A DNA stretch of 64,000 bases from an uncultured Gemmatimonadaceae bacterium (GCA_963790305.1 CAWBOC010000004.1:1-64000); one strand, 5' to 3'; numbered from the stretch's first letter, positions 20,374 to 31,677 are shown. Translations and numbers: made by a program. The notes: a model not told the origin generated them from the sequence alone.

Positions 20374-20803
20374 ATGCCAGGCCGTCCGCCCCACGCAGCT
20401 ATTGGTCTCAGCGGCCCTGCTCTTCTCGGGCGCGTGCCATCGCGCACCCGCTCCGCCTCCTGAAGCAAGGGTGGCCGAGCCGCGGGAACACCCTGCACAA
20501 TTGACGGACGACCGGAGGGTCATCCGCTTTGCAGGAGTCGACGTCGTTCCGATAGGTCGCTCAGAATTCCTGATTCGGATTCACAGCGCGCTGGTTGGGG
20601 ATGGTGAGCCGCTCTATGTGATCGATGAGGTCCGCATCACGATCCCGCCAAACCGCGGCATCCACTGGTTCAGGCCCGAAGACATCTCCGACGTCAAAGT
20701 GCTGAAGCTCCCGTACGAGTTGGCGGAGTACGGCCCGGCCGGCGTGAATGGTGTCATCGTCATCACCACGAAGCAGGTGTCGGGACCGCGCCAAAGACGT
20801 TAG
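20374..20803 (+). CDS. Stand-alone TonB-dependent receptor plug-like lipoprotein
   Basis: LLFSGAC lipobox; EPLYVIDEV...PEDISDVKVLK....EYGPAGVNGVIVITTK; no barrel domain. Start approximate. Confidence 0.8.
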
Positions 20804-20932
20804 GTGGGCGCGTCGTCATACGGACTGGCGTCGCGAGCCGAACGCGAGTCTCCTTGGCAAGCACCGTTGCCCACGGCACCTTGGACAACGGCTACACCAA
20901 TTCAGTTGGAGAGCGTGCGATCGGCGCAGTGA
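20804..20932 (+). pseudogene. Remnant of a paralog of the 26378..26896 plug lipoprotein gene
   Basis: CAAGCACCGTTGCCC...TTGGACAACGGCTACACCA.TTC.GTTGGAGAGC is nearly identical to ~26487-26543. Confidence 0.75.
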
Positions 20933-21431
20933 CCAACCGGTGACGATCCCCTTCACGATTTCGAACAGCGCGAGTGGCTTCGGCTTGTTGCGCTTCCCGT
21001 AGACCACGCTCGTTGCGTCGACCAGGATGAGCGCGAACCGCGGGTCGTTCGGGCCGCCATCGCGGCTGCCGCCCTCATCACCTGAACCACGCCTTCCAGT
21101 CCGGCTTGTAGAGCTGCCGGATCATTCCGCGATCGGTGGTGATCGTCGCCGTTCCGCTCACCGAGACCCACTCCCAGCTCTTCACGTTGTAGTAGGCGAG
21201 CGAGACGTTGGGGTCGCCGACGAGCTCGTCGATCTTCCCGCTCTCGATGTCGGTGACGAACCAGACGTCGACGCCCGGCTCGCGCTTCTGCGTGGCCATC
21301 GGCCTGGTGACGAGGCGGCCGTCGCGCCGACGCGTGGTGAGCATCGCGATCTCGATGCCTTCGACCAGCCCGTAGAATTCATTGATCTTTTTCGTGAGCG
21401 GAACGTCGTCCGCGTACTTCGTGCTCGACAT
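20816..21431 (-). CDS. Pyridoxamine 5'-phosphate oxidase-like / general stress protein (frameshift ~21080; C-terminus appears replaced)
   Basis: IEIAMLTT...LVTRPMATQ...VWFVT...K..EL..DPNVSLAY...WKAWF...GGPNDPR. Confidence 0.85.
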
Positions 21432-21579
21432 GGGGTGCTCCAGGAGAGGAAGAGGACGGCCTCCAGGGCAGGACGCATGCCGTTGCGCCCACCGCACGCA
21501 CCGGGAGACAGGCGCGAGGATGCGCGGTAGTGTTAAGGTAGTGCTCACGATCCAAGATTCCGGCGACTACGCATCCGCA

Positions 21580-22002
21580 ATGCGTCCACAACCCTTGATC
21601 GCAGTCAGCAATGTCGAAGCGAGCAGCCGCTGGTATCAGCGCCTGCTCGGCTGCCAGAGTGCGCACGGTGGCGCGGAATACGAACGACTCGTCTCGGGCG
21701 ATGGGCTGATGCTCCAGCTGCACCGGTTCGATGTCGCACACCATCACGGAGCAATCGGCGACCCGAAGGACAAGCCCTACGGGAATGGCGTGCTCCTGTG
21801 GTTCGAGATCGGGGACTTCAATGCCGCCGTCGCACGGGTGGCCGAGCTGAAAGCGCCGATCATCCTCCCTCGCCATCGCAATCCCCCGGATGGCGACGGC
21901 GGCCCCAATCACTGGGAGATCTGGCTACGCGATCCTGACGGGTACACGGTGGTCCTCTCGAGCCCGGACGGGACCGCCGACGGCAACTGGAGGCCTGTAT
22001 GA
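21580..22002 (+). CDS. VOC/glyoxalase family protein
   Basis: IAVSNVEASSRWYQRLLG...EIWLRDPDGYTVVL. Confidence 0.9.
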   Translation: MRPQPLIAVSNVEASSRWYQRLLGCQSAHGGAEYERLVSGDGLMLQLHRFDVAHHHGAIGDPKDKPYGNGVLLWFEIGDFNAAVARVAELKAPIILPRHRNPPDGDGGPNHWEIWLRDPDGYTVVLSSPDGTADGNWRPV

Positions 22003-22373
22003 CAGAGACGGTGGCGGCACAACGTATCGTTCACCGGTGGTACGCCAGACCCGTGTTCTTCGTTGCCGATGTGAACCGTGCACTTCGGTTCTACATCGAC
22101 ATGCTCGGGTTCGAAAAGGCGTGGCACTCGGGCGACGGAACAGGCACGGTCTGCCAGGTCAATCGCAGTGACTGCGAGATCATCCTGTGCCAGGAGGCCA
22201 CCCGCGGAGACAAGGCGCGTTTGTTCGTCGAGCTGACCGCCGAGGGACTTGCAGCGTTCCGCCAGGAGCTCGCCGAGCGTTCAGTGCCTAACAACCAATC
22301 GTGGTGGGGCTACGACGTCGTCCAGATCCACGATCCGGACGGCAACGAGCTGCTCTTCCCGTTTCCCGACTGA
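21999..22373 (+). CDS. VOC/glyoxalase family protein
   Basis: VADVNRALRFYIDMLGF...WWG...IHDPDGNELLF. Confidence 0.9.
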   Translation: MTETVAAQRIVHRWYARPVFFVADVNRALRFYIDMLGFEKAWHSGDGTGTVCQVNRSDCEIILCQEATRGDKARLFVELTAEGLAAFRQELAERSVPNNQSWWGYDVVQIHDPDGNELLFPFPD

Positions 22374-22385
22374 TCATCAGCGGGA

Positions 22386-24322
22386 CTACGCGGGCGTCGG
22401 AGTCCGCTCCGCTCCGACGCGCCGACGTGTCGCGTCCTCGACCTCCCGCTGGGCCTCGGCGAGTCGGCTCAGGTCCTCGCCAATCAGGCGCGCGGCATCC
22501 ACGAGCGTCGTGAGCGGCGCGAGATCGCCGGCCCCGGCGTGCAAGCGAAGCAGATCGAGACGTATCCCTTCGAGCGCGGCGACGCTCTCGGCGAGGTGAG
22601 TCGCCGCCACCTTCTTCCGCGCAGCCAGGACTTCCGCGCCGCCCGACTCGTTAGGGGCGAGCGCGCGCGAGCGCTTCGATTTCCGCGCGTGCGTCGGCCG
22701 CGCGCGCTTCGAGTGCGGCGACGATCGACGGGAGGCTCGGCGAGATCCTCTCGATATGCCTTCGGCAACGCGGCAAAGAGCTCGGACGCGGCGACGCCGA
22801 GCGCCGCCTCCGTCGCGCGAAACGCGGAAGCGCCCGCGAGCTGCGAGCGTTCCGGCGCGCCGAGCCGGCGGGCGAGCCACTCTCCCGCGCGGCTGTTCCA
22901 GAGGCGCTCGCGGATCCCCCGTCTGCCACCACCTTCTGAACCGCGGTGGGAATGAACTGAACGTCGAGCGCGTTGCTCGCCGCTCCAGTAGCAACGTGGC
23001 AAGCACGGGTGCGAACGATGAAATCGCGTCGCCGGCTGATTTTCATGGACTACGCCCGAGGCAAGCAGGCCAAAGGTCACCGCGAGCCAGGTCGCCGCGC
23101 CACGGTGGCGGCTCGCAGGATCCGATGACGCGCGGGGCTCCTCTTTCTCTCGAACGACCGCCTCCGTCTCGGCTCGCTCGCGCCGATCGACCTCGAGCGC
23201 AGCGCGCAGGTCGGACAGCGTGTGTCCTGCGCGGAACTGCCGGTACGCCTGGTTGAGGTGGAACCCGACGATGGGAAACGAGCGGCAACGAAGTGATCGC
23301 CGGCGAGGATCACAATGTCCGCCGGACCGTCGGGCCGGTTGACCGGTCACCCAGACGGCGAGATTCACCAGCGTGAGGGTGCCCCACGCTCGCGCTCCAC
23401 CCCAGATAGGGGACGAGGAGCGGATTCCGCGCGCCGAGCCAGGCGCGCAGCGTGGTCGGCAGCGCCGGCCGCGCGTCGGCCGGCGGGGCGAGCGCTTCGG
23501 CCAGCGCCTCGCCGTCGCTGAATCGGGCGGCGGGGTCGCGCGCGAGACACCGGTCGATCGCCGCGCCGAGAGCGGGAGGCAGTCCGGGAGCCGCGCGCAT
23601 CACGCTCGGCGGCGTCCTCGCGTGGCCTGGCGGAGGAGCAGCGCGGGGACAGTCGGCGCCTCGTAAGGCAGCCGCCCGCTCACCGCGAGATATCCGACGA
23701 CGCCGAGCGCGTAGATGTCGCTTCTCCCGTCGATGGACTCGCTCGCGGCCTGCTCCGGGCTCATGAACTGCGCCGTGCCCATGATCTTCCCCGGATCGGT
23801 CACGAGGCCGGGATCGCGGCCGCCATGCGCGATGCCGAAGTCGGTGACGAGCGCGCGTCCCGTGCGCGCCTCGAGCAGGATGTTGTCCGGCTTCACGTCG
23901 CGATGCACGATACCGCGTCCATGCGCGTACGCGAGCGCCCAGGCGACCTCGCGCAGGATGCGCGTTGCTTCGGCCGGCGGCAGTGGACCGCGCGTCCGGA
24001 GTCGCTCGCCGAGCGTCTCGCCTTCGACGTAGCTCATGACGAAGAAGACGAAGCCGCCAACCTCGCTCACGCGATGGATCGGGACGATGTGCGGGTGTGA
24101 GAGTCCCGCCGCCATCCGCGCCTCGCGAAGAAACCGCTCGCGCGCCTCCGCCCTGTGGGCGAGATGGCTTGGCAGGACCTTGATGGCGACGTCGCGGTCG
24201 AGCTGCACGTCGCGCGCGAGGTAGACGATCCCCATGCCGCCCCGGCCGAGCTCGCGCTGGAGCGAGTATTCACCGGCCAGGGCGGTCTGCAGGTCGAGGA
24301 ACTCGGGCGAGGGGTGGGTCAT
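22386..24322 (-). CDS. Membrane-associated Ser/Thr protein kinase (several frameshifts)
   Basis: GRGGMG, VAIK, HRDVKPDN, DFG, MSPEQ, SDIYALG; downstream TM segments and a C-terminal helical region in shifted frames. Confidence 0.9.
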
Positions 24323-24371
24323 GAGATGAAAATACCAGACTGGCCGACCTTTTTGCGAATGGCGACCTGCA

Positions 24372-24402
24372 TTTTTTTAACGCAGAGGCCGCGTTAAGAA
24401 AA
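24372..24402. repeat. Short hairpin TTTTTTTAACGC-AGAGGCC-GCGTTAAGAAAA (REP-like remnant or terminator)
   Basis: Inverted repeat in an intergenic space; shares ACGCAGAGG with the 39821 element. Confidence 0.5.
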
Positions 24403-24442
24403 GCAGTTGAAGCTACGCCTAGATGCATTGGGAGGCCCACAA

Positions 24443-25729
24443 CTACCTCGACCTCGACCGGATCATCACCAGCTCCTCGCCGCTCGGGAACACGTCGTAG
24501 TTCGTCACGTCGTGCCGCTCGTAGATGTCCGCGAAGAGGGCCTCCACCCGCTCGATGGTTAGGCGTTCGCCACGCCGCACCGTCGCACGCATCATCCGAT
24601 CGGGGCTTCGATAGAAGAGGTGCCGCCCGTCGGGACTCCACACTGGCTGCGTGCCGCCGCCTTGCGACACTCGCACGCGTCTCGACGGGTCGCGGAGGGG
24701 CATGACATAGACCTCGAGCTGTCCGGTCTCGTCGCTCGCGTACGCCAGCAGTTGTCCATCACGAGACAGTCGCAGGTCCACCTCGACCGCGCGGGTCACG
24801 CCGAATGGACGAAGCGCGCCAGGATCGCGTACGGGCCCGATCCACATGTCGTTGTTTCCACCGATTCCACGTACGACCCAATCGCCATCCAGCGGACCGA
24901 GCGCGACGTTGAGGATCGGAGACTCGGTCCGCAGCAACTGACGCGGGGGGGCGCCGCCGTCCCACTGCTGTGACACCACGCGACTCGTCCAGCCGATCTC
25001 TCCGTCGTCGACGGCCAGGTAGACGAGGTTCCTGGAGTCGGACGACCAGCCAAAGGGTTTGACGCCGGTGAAGTCGCGGGTGAGTCTCGTCAGGCTCCGC
25101 GACGGGAGATCGTAGACCCAGATATCCCATCGTCCATCCCCGGTAGCCACTTCGACGGCGATCCGTTTGCCATCGGGAGAGATCTTCGGCCACGCGAAGT
25201 ACGCGGTATCGAGCACGGTCGGCCCCCGCGATCCCGCATTCTTTGTCATGTCGACGAGCGGGCGCTCTTCACCACGAAGGTTCACGCCGACGAGACTGTA
25301 GCTGTTGGCGGCAATCACCGGCTGCGGCGAGGCCGCGGGCCCATTGCCCTCCGTATTCGCCGCCCGCTGATCGAACTGCCTCACGACGGCCATCCCGCCC
25401 ACACCCAGCGCCACAAAACTCGCCGCGAGCAGGAGCCAGCGACGACGCGTGTGCGACACAGGCGCTACCACTGTGTCCTCTGCGTTAGGCGGCGCCGACA
25501 CCTCTTCGGACACCGGAGCAACGAAGCCGAGCGGTGATTCGACCGGGGCCAGCCACGCGTTGGCCTCGGCGTCCGCCTGGAGCAGCGCCTCGACGGTCGA
25601 TCGAAGCTCCGGGTCCTTCGCCCCGATCGCCGTGAGACGGTCGGCGCGACCCGCCGCGTCGAGCTCGACGATCTCCTCGAACGCGGCGCGGATTTGCTCC
25701 CACCGAAGGCCCGCGAGCGTCGACGTCAC
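24443..25729 (-). CDS. ECF-associated membrane protein: kinase-type N-terminal header, TM and TolB/PD40 propeller, no kinase domain
   Basis: WEQIRAAFEEIVEL...DPELRSTVEALL, short linker, TM, then PKISPDGKRIA and PVWSPDGRHLFY repeats; GTGA coupling to the sigma gene. Confidence 0.8.
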   Translation of the reverse strand: MTSTLAGLRWEQIRAAFEEIVELDAAGRADRLTAIGAKDPELRSTVEALLQADAEANAWLAPVESPLGFVAPVSEEVSAPPNAEDTVVAPVSHTRRRWLLLAASFVALGVGGMAVVRQFDQRAANTEGNGPAASPQPVIAANSYSLVGVNLRGEERPLVDMTKNAGSRGPTVLDTAYFAWPKISPDGKRIAVEVATGDGRWDIWVYDLPSRSLTRLTRDFTGVKPFGWSSDSRNLVYLAVDDGEIGWTSRVVSQQWDGGAPPRQLLRTESPILNVALGPLDGDWVVRGIGGNNDMWIGPVRDPGALRPFGVTRAVEVDLRLSRDGQLLAYASDETGQLEVYVMPLRDPSRRVRVSQGGGTQPVWSPDGRHLFYRSPDRMMRATVRRGERLTIERVEALFADIYERHDVTNYDVFPSGEELVMIRSRSR

Positions 25730-26319
25730 CTGGCGATCCCCTGGAGCTCGAACGCGAGCCATGCACGCGCCGATCGCAGCTCGCGTTTCACCGTCGCCAG
25801 CGAGACACTGCATGCGGCACTGGTCTCCTCGAGAGACAGCCCCCCGAAATACCGATGCTCCAGCATCTGGCTTTGCCGGGGATTCAGCACCGCCAGCCGC
25901 TCCAGCGCCTCATGCAGCTCGACGATCGCGTCCAGATCGGAATCCGTCATGAAGGTGGCTTCTTCGAGCTCGACCGCAGTCGCACCACTGCCTCGCTTGG
26001 CGGCCAGGCGCGCGCGCGCATGATCGATGAGGAGGTTGCGCATGATCTGGCCGGCGAGCGCGAGGAAATGCGCGCGATCGGACAGGTCCACATTCGGCGC
26101 AGCCACGAGACGCATGTAGGTCTCGTGAACAATGGCGGTGGTTGTCAGCGAAATGTTGACGTTTCCACCGCCCCGCCGCTGATGCGCGAGGTCCTTCAAT
26201 CGGTCGTACACGAGCGGGATGAGTCGGTCGCGCGCCTGCGCATCACCGCCGCTCCATTGCCGAAGCAGGCCGGCGACGTCCGCGGACGCAGGGCCCTCGT
26301 CAGTGAGCCGTTCGACCAT
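25726..26319 (-). CDS. ECF sigma factor (TIGR02999 / ECF43-like)
   Basis: LIPLVYDRL, LTTTAIVHETYMRL, MRNLLIDHAR...KRG, RYFGGLSLEET, TVKRELRSARAWL. Confidence 0.92.
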   Translation of the reverse strand: MVERLTDEGPASADVAGLLRQWSGGDAQARDRLIPLVYDRLKDLAHQRRGGGNVNISLTTTAIVHETYMRLVAAPNVDLSDRAHFLALAGQIMRNLLIDHARARLAAKRGSGATAVELEEATFMTDSDLDAIVELHEALERLAVLNPRQSQMLEHRYFGGLSLEETSAACSVSLATVKRELRSARAWLAFELQGIAR

Positions 26320-26377
26320 GCGATCTCGTTCCCCTTGGGTGAGCTCGTGCTCACAGCACTCACCCTGGAGGTTCGCC

Positions 26378-26896
26378 ATGCGTTCCCTGCCCGGCACCAC
26401 CCGCGGCCCCCGCTGGAGGAGCGTCACGCTCCTGGCCCTTACAATGGCGGCGAGCGGTGCGTGCCATCATTCGGCACGCGAGCGCCAAGCACCGTTGCCC
26501 GTCGACACATTGGACAACGGCTACACCAGTTCCGTTGGAGAGCATTCAGTGGGCGCCGTGAGATCGCTCGGGGCCAATGAGATCGCTCGGCTGAGAGTCA
26601 GAACCGTGGACGACCTTCTGGCTGGACGCGTCCCTGGGCTTCGCGTGCGGCCCACGCCAAACGGCGGCTTCGCGGTTCGCGTCAGCAGCATCGCGACGCG
26701 CAACGGGTACGCCGAGCCGTTGTTGATCATTGATGACGTGCCCGTCGCGCTTCTGCCCGGCGAAGAGCTGACCTGGCTCGATCCCGCGAAAATCCTTCGC
26801 ATCGATGTGTTGAAGGATCCGGCAGAAACGAGCGTCTACGGCGTGCGCGGAGCGAATGGGGTGATCGTCATTCGTACCCTTCGCGGGTCGCGATGA
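26378..26896 (+). CDS. Stand-alone TonB-dependent receptor plug-like lipoprotein
   Basis: GGAGG RBS; AASGAC lipobox; LAGRVPGL...EPLLIIDDVP...IDVLKDPAETSVYGVRGANGVIVIRT. Confidence 0.85.
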   Translation: MRSLPGTTRGPRWRSVTLLALTMAASGACHHSARERQAPLPVDTLDNGYTSSVGEHSVGAVRSLGANEIARLRVRTVDDLLAGRVPGLRVRPTPNGGFAVRVSSIATRNGYAEPLLIIDDVPVALLPGEELTWLDPAKILRIDVLKDPAETSVYGVRGANGVIVIRTLRGSR

Positions 26897-26996
26897 GAGC
26901 GCTGAGGAGTTCACGTGACCTGGCGTCGCGAGCCCGGCGGCGGAGTGGGGATAGCTATGGATTACGATCGCTACAGACAGCCCGCCGCCTGACGGC

Positions 26997-28299
26997 TCAC
27001 TCGAGCGAGCCCGCGAGTGCCTTCGCTGCGGCACGCTCCCCGACGCCGTGGCCGGCATGGATGTCGAACAGGTAGTGGATTCCGGCGTAAACGCGCGACA
27101 TCCCCGCCTCTTCCACCTGGTCGTCGAGCCACTCGCGCTCGCTGGGGAACTCGTGCGCCAGCACCGCGCCGAACGCGCTCGAAATGCACGAGTGGGCCGA
27201 CGGGTATGACGGGTGGTTGGGGATCGCGAACGCGAGCAGCGGGGTGATCCGGGCGTCAACGTGCGATGGCCGCGGCAGCCAGTACTTGAACTTCGTCGCG
27301 AAGCAGTCGATCTGCGCGTCGAACGCGGCGACGTTGGCGTAGGCGAGAATGCGCGCCGCATCTCTCTCCGTGCCGTGCTGCGATACGATCAGCTCGTCGG
27401 CGACCCGGTTCCATTCGCCCGCGGTGAAGGGACCGGCCGGCGCGACCTTGTTCCACTTCCGTGCGATCTCCACCTGTGCTGCGCGCAGCTCCAGAGGGAG
27501 CACGGTCACGATCGCGTACACCTCGGCAGCGGCGTCGCGGAGCTCTTGCGAGCCGATGGCGGGTGGCGGGAGTGCCTGGAGGAAGTCGCCCGACTCGGAC
27601 TCAGGGACGAACGGGAACGCGTTCGGCTCGAGGAAGAACGGTTTGACGCCGTAGAGCGAGCGGACGGTCGCGCCGTTGGGGACCCAGTAGCCAGGCTCGG
27701 TCGGCCGTGGCGGGATGGGCACCGCGAGGTAGCGGTCCTGTGCCGCCTGGGCCAGGACGGCTTCGCCAACCGCGCGGCCGATCCTGTCCCCCGCGGCGAT
27801 GAACCCCGGCGCGCGTGCGTCCTCGTCGAACTTCCTTGTCAGAAAGTCGAGGATCTGTTGCCGTACGGGCTCGGACAGCTCCGACCTCGCCCCGAAGAAC
27901 GAGCTGAGCACGGTGAACGACGCGCTGGCGACCGCGGAAGAGACACGCGGGATCTCAGGCATGTTCGTCGGTGCCGACGAAGCCGACGGTACCGACGCCG
28001 CCAGCGCCGCGCGGTACTGCGCGAGCGAAAGGTAGGTCAGCATGCGGCTCGCCCAGGCCTGTCCATTCGGGGGCGCTGGCACTCCCAGCGGTAGGTCGTC
28101 CGACACCGTTCCCTGCAGCAGGTCGGTTGCCCGCAGGTTCCAGCGCGTGGTCGCGAGCGCTTCCCAAAACTTCACCACATCGACGTGCGCGGTCGTCGTA
28201 GCCGCCGGTCGAGTCGGCGCGTCGGCGCATCCCGCACAACGTCGTGGCGGCCGCGAGGCCAACTGACAGCGCCCTCCAGCATCGTGTTTTCGAGAACAT
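26997..28299 (-). CDS. Vanadium-dependent haloperoxidase / PAP2-superfamily lipoprotein (frameshift ~28230)
   Basis: K-x6-RP (KFKYWLPRP), HPSYPSAH, SRVYAGIH; lipobox TLCGC. Confidence 0.85.
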
Positions 28300-28325
28300 G
28301 GATTCCCCCGGAGATTCGATAGACG

Positions 28326-29578
28326 TCACCGGATCACGGACACTGTGTTGGTGCCGGCGGGATCTACCGGCACGCTCGGCGTCGCCAGAACGTCGATCTG
28401 TTTGCTCACACCGTGGAGCTCGATCGTGACGTGGTTGTTCGTTCCGGCGATTCCCGAAAGAGCGTCGCGGCGCGCGCCCCACGCTTGGAAATTGACGCCG
28501 AGGTTATTCGCGACCTTCGATCCCCAGAGCGCAACCGTCACCCTGTTGGATGACGTGACGTTCACCTGAGTGACCGAGAGGCCGCCGACGACGCGGATCC
28601 CTCCTGAGCCCAGGCCGCCGAGCGCGGCCCTGTTGTCAGTGAATTGGGAACCGCGCGCCTCGAAAATCGTGGAGTTCGAGCTCGCGACACCGGCCCCCCC
28701 TTGGCTGAGGCCGCCTGCGATCTGGCACCCAAGCTCATTGGCGAAGAATCGGTCACCCGACGATCGCACCTCGATGACGGCGTTGCTCGATCGATTGTTC
28801 GCGACGATACAGCCTAGCTGAAAACCGTGGGTCCGATTGCCGCGTAGAGTCGCGACGATGGCTGCTCCGTCCGCTCCGACGAAGTTGGCCACTCGAATAC
28901 CCTCGCTCATCCCTGACCACCCGACTCGGGCCGAGGAACTCGTTGTCGACGATCTCGGCATCGATGCGCCGTCCGGCACCGCTGGCCGCACCCACATTCC
29001 TCACGTCGACGCCGCGGGAGCTTCCGCGGAGACGACATGCGCGACTCGGATCCGCGTGCTGGGCGTGCCCGGAAGCTCCGTCGCGATGCCTGCGGCCGCC
29101 TCCGGATTCCCCACGACGGTCAGCCATTCGATCGCGTTGCTGCCTCGGCCGATCCGGATCGGCGCAGTGCGGCCAAACGAGAACGTTGAACGACGACGTC
29201 GGAAGGCTCACTCGGCATCGATTACAACGGCGGATCGTTCATCCGTGACGCCGTACAGCGACATGTCCCGTTGCAGCTCCAGCCGTCCGGCATTGGTTCG
29301 CGCGACACCTGCCGCATCGGTCGCCGAGAGCACGTAGGTGCCTGGCGCCAGAATGATGGCGGCGCCTTCGTTCGCGGCGTCGTTAACCGCGGCGTAGAGC
29401 TGCTCCACATCCGCGATGTGTAGAGCGGTCGGGGACACGCTTAGCTGCGGCTGGCCTCGAAGGGATGAACCGTCAGCGGCAGCTGCTCCCGTGAGCCGTT
29501 CGCCCGCCTGGTCGCAGGCAACCGCCATTGCGAGCACTAACGCGAGCAGAGCCGTACAATGCTTCGCCTGGAAATCAT
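28326..29578 (-). CDS. Secreted lipoprotein, probable beta-helix fold (frameshifted)
   Basis: LAMAVAC lipobox; DVEQLYAAVND...IILAPGTY followed by Asn/Gly-rich strands. Confidence 0.65.
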
Positions 29579-29757
29579 GGTGACCCCGGGTCCAAGAATG
29601 CGTGCGACCGTATGATCGCGACGGGGTTGCTCGCAATGGCGGACATCTGTCGGTTTTCTTATTCTTTCTGACTTAGGTGCACATAACGACATTCGAGTCG
29701 CCGATGCGTCAGGGCGTGAACGGTTGCCGCCGATGCACCGTAGACAGAGGCAGTGGC

Positions 29758-31677
29758 GTGGCTTCCGATCCCGCGCAGGTCGCGAAATCGATCCGTTTCG
29801 GAGACGACTTCGAGCTGAACCCGCGAGCACACCAACTGCGCCGCGCTGGCCGCCCGCTCAAGCTCGAGCGCATCCCCATGGAGATCCTTCTGCTCCTGAC
29901 CGAGCGACGGGGGCAGCTCGTCAGCCGGGAGGAGATTGTAGAGCGGATTTGGGGGAAGGGATCACTACCTGGATAGCGACAACAGCATCAACGGCGCAGT
30001 TCGGAAAATCCGGCAGGTCCTTGGTGACGATCGGGAGCAGCCGCGGTTCATCCAGACCATCACCGGGCGCGGCTATTGTTTCATTGCTCCGGTGCGGGAG
30101 GACGAGGAACCCCGCCTGGGCGAGACGGTCCCCACGGGTCCAACAGAAGAAGAGCCGGCGCCCGTATCTCGACCGCGACGTCAGGCGCTGGCTCGCGCTG
30201 AGCCTGACGATATCGATTGTGTTTGCGTCAGCCGTGGCTGCATGGGTTCTATGGTCCCGTTCGCAAGGCGTCAGGACCTGTCGCGGGCAGGGTGATGCTC
30301 GCCGTCCTCCCTTTTCAGAACCTCACTGGAGATCCCGGCGCTCGAGTACCTCAGCGATGGCCTAACGGAAGAGATGATCGCGCAACTCGGGGACACGTGA
30401 TCCCCAACGACTGGGCGTCATCGCCAGGACGTCCGTGATGAGCTACAAGAAGGGTCAGCCCTCACTGGATCAGATCGCAACGCGAGCTGGGCGTGCAGTA
30501 CGTGCTCGAAGGGAGCCTGCGTCACGAGGCCGAATCAGGTGCGCGTGACCGCTCAACTGATTCAGGCCAAGGATCAGACGCACCTTTGGACGCGGCAGTA
30601 CGATCGCGAGCTGAAGGGACTGTTGACGCTGCAAGGCGAGATCGCGCAGCAGATCGCCATTGAGATTCTCTCCAGGCTGGGCGGCCCCGAGGCAGGTGCG
30701 AGCTCGCAGACGGTGCGCTCCACCGACGACTTCGAGGCGTACGATCTCTACCTGAAGGGACAGTTCTTCCTCGCCAAGAGAACGACCCCGGACCTCGAAC
30801 GAGCCGTCGGGTATTTTCGCCAGGCGACGACGAAGGACACGTCGTACGCGCGCGCGTACGCGGCGCTTGCCCATTCGTACACGCTGCTCGCGGGCTACAG
30901 TAGGCGTCCGCCCAAGGAATTCGTGGGGGCGGCGCGCGTGTCGGCGCTGAGGGCGCTGGAGCTCGATGAGAGCCTGCCGGAAGCTCACACCGCGGTCGCG
31001 TTGATTGTCCAGAATCACGACTGGGACTGGCAAACCGCGGAGCGGGAATATCGGCGAGCCATCGAGCTGAATCCAAACTACGCTACGGCCCATCATTGGT
31101 ACGCCGAGCATTTGATGTGGCGGGGGCGTTTTGATGAGGCGATTCGAGAGAGTGATGTAGCACGACAGCTCGACCCGCTTTCGTTGATCATCGCAACCGA
31201 TCACGCCGTGATTCTGTTCCATGCGGGACAGTATGACCGTGCGATCGACCAATTTCGCTCGGTCCTGGAATTGGACCCTGATTTCCCCCGGGCTCACATC
31301 ATCGAAGCTGCGTACGCAGAAAACGGGATGGTCGCGGAGGCGCTCGCCGACCTCGAAACGCAGCGATCAAAGCTTGAACCTCATTGGTATTGGTTTCTCT
31401 CGCTCGCATCTACACCGTCTCCGGGCAGACAGCACAAGCGCGGCATGCGGCTCAGGAGTTTCTTCGGCTGAGCCCGCGCGACGGTGTCCAACCCTCTATC
31501 ATGGCCGCGGCCTTTCTTGCCATGGGAGACAGGGAACAGGCCTTTGCGTGGCTGGAAAAGGCTCACGCGGAACATGACAATGGACTCACCGGGCTCAAGG
31601 TGGGTCGCAGTTGGGAACCATTGCGCAACGACCCGCGTTTCCAGAGCTTGCTGCGCCGCGTGGGACTGGCTCCCTGA
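29758..31677 (+). CDS. Winged-helix (CadC/OmpR-type) - TM - TolB_N - TPR regulator (several frameshifts)
   Basis: FELN...LKLERIPMEILLLL..RRGQLVSREEI, IQTITGRGY, LAVLPFQNL, EAYDLYLKG, TPR repeats, DPRFQSLLRRVGL. Confidence 0.88.
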
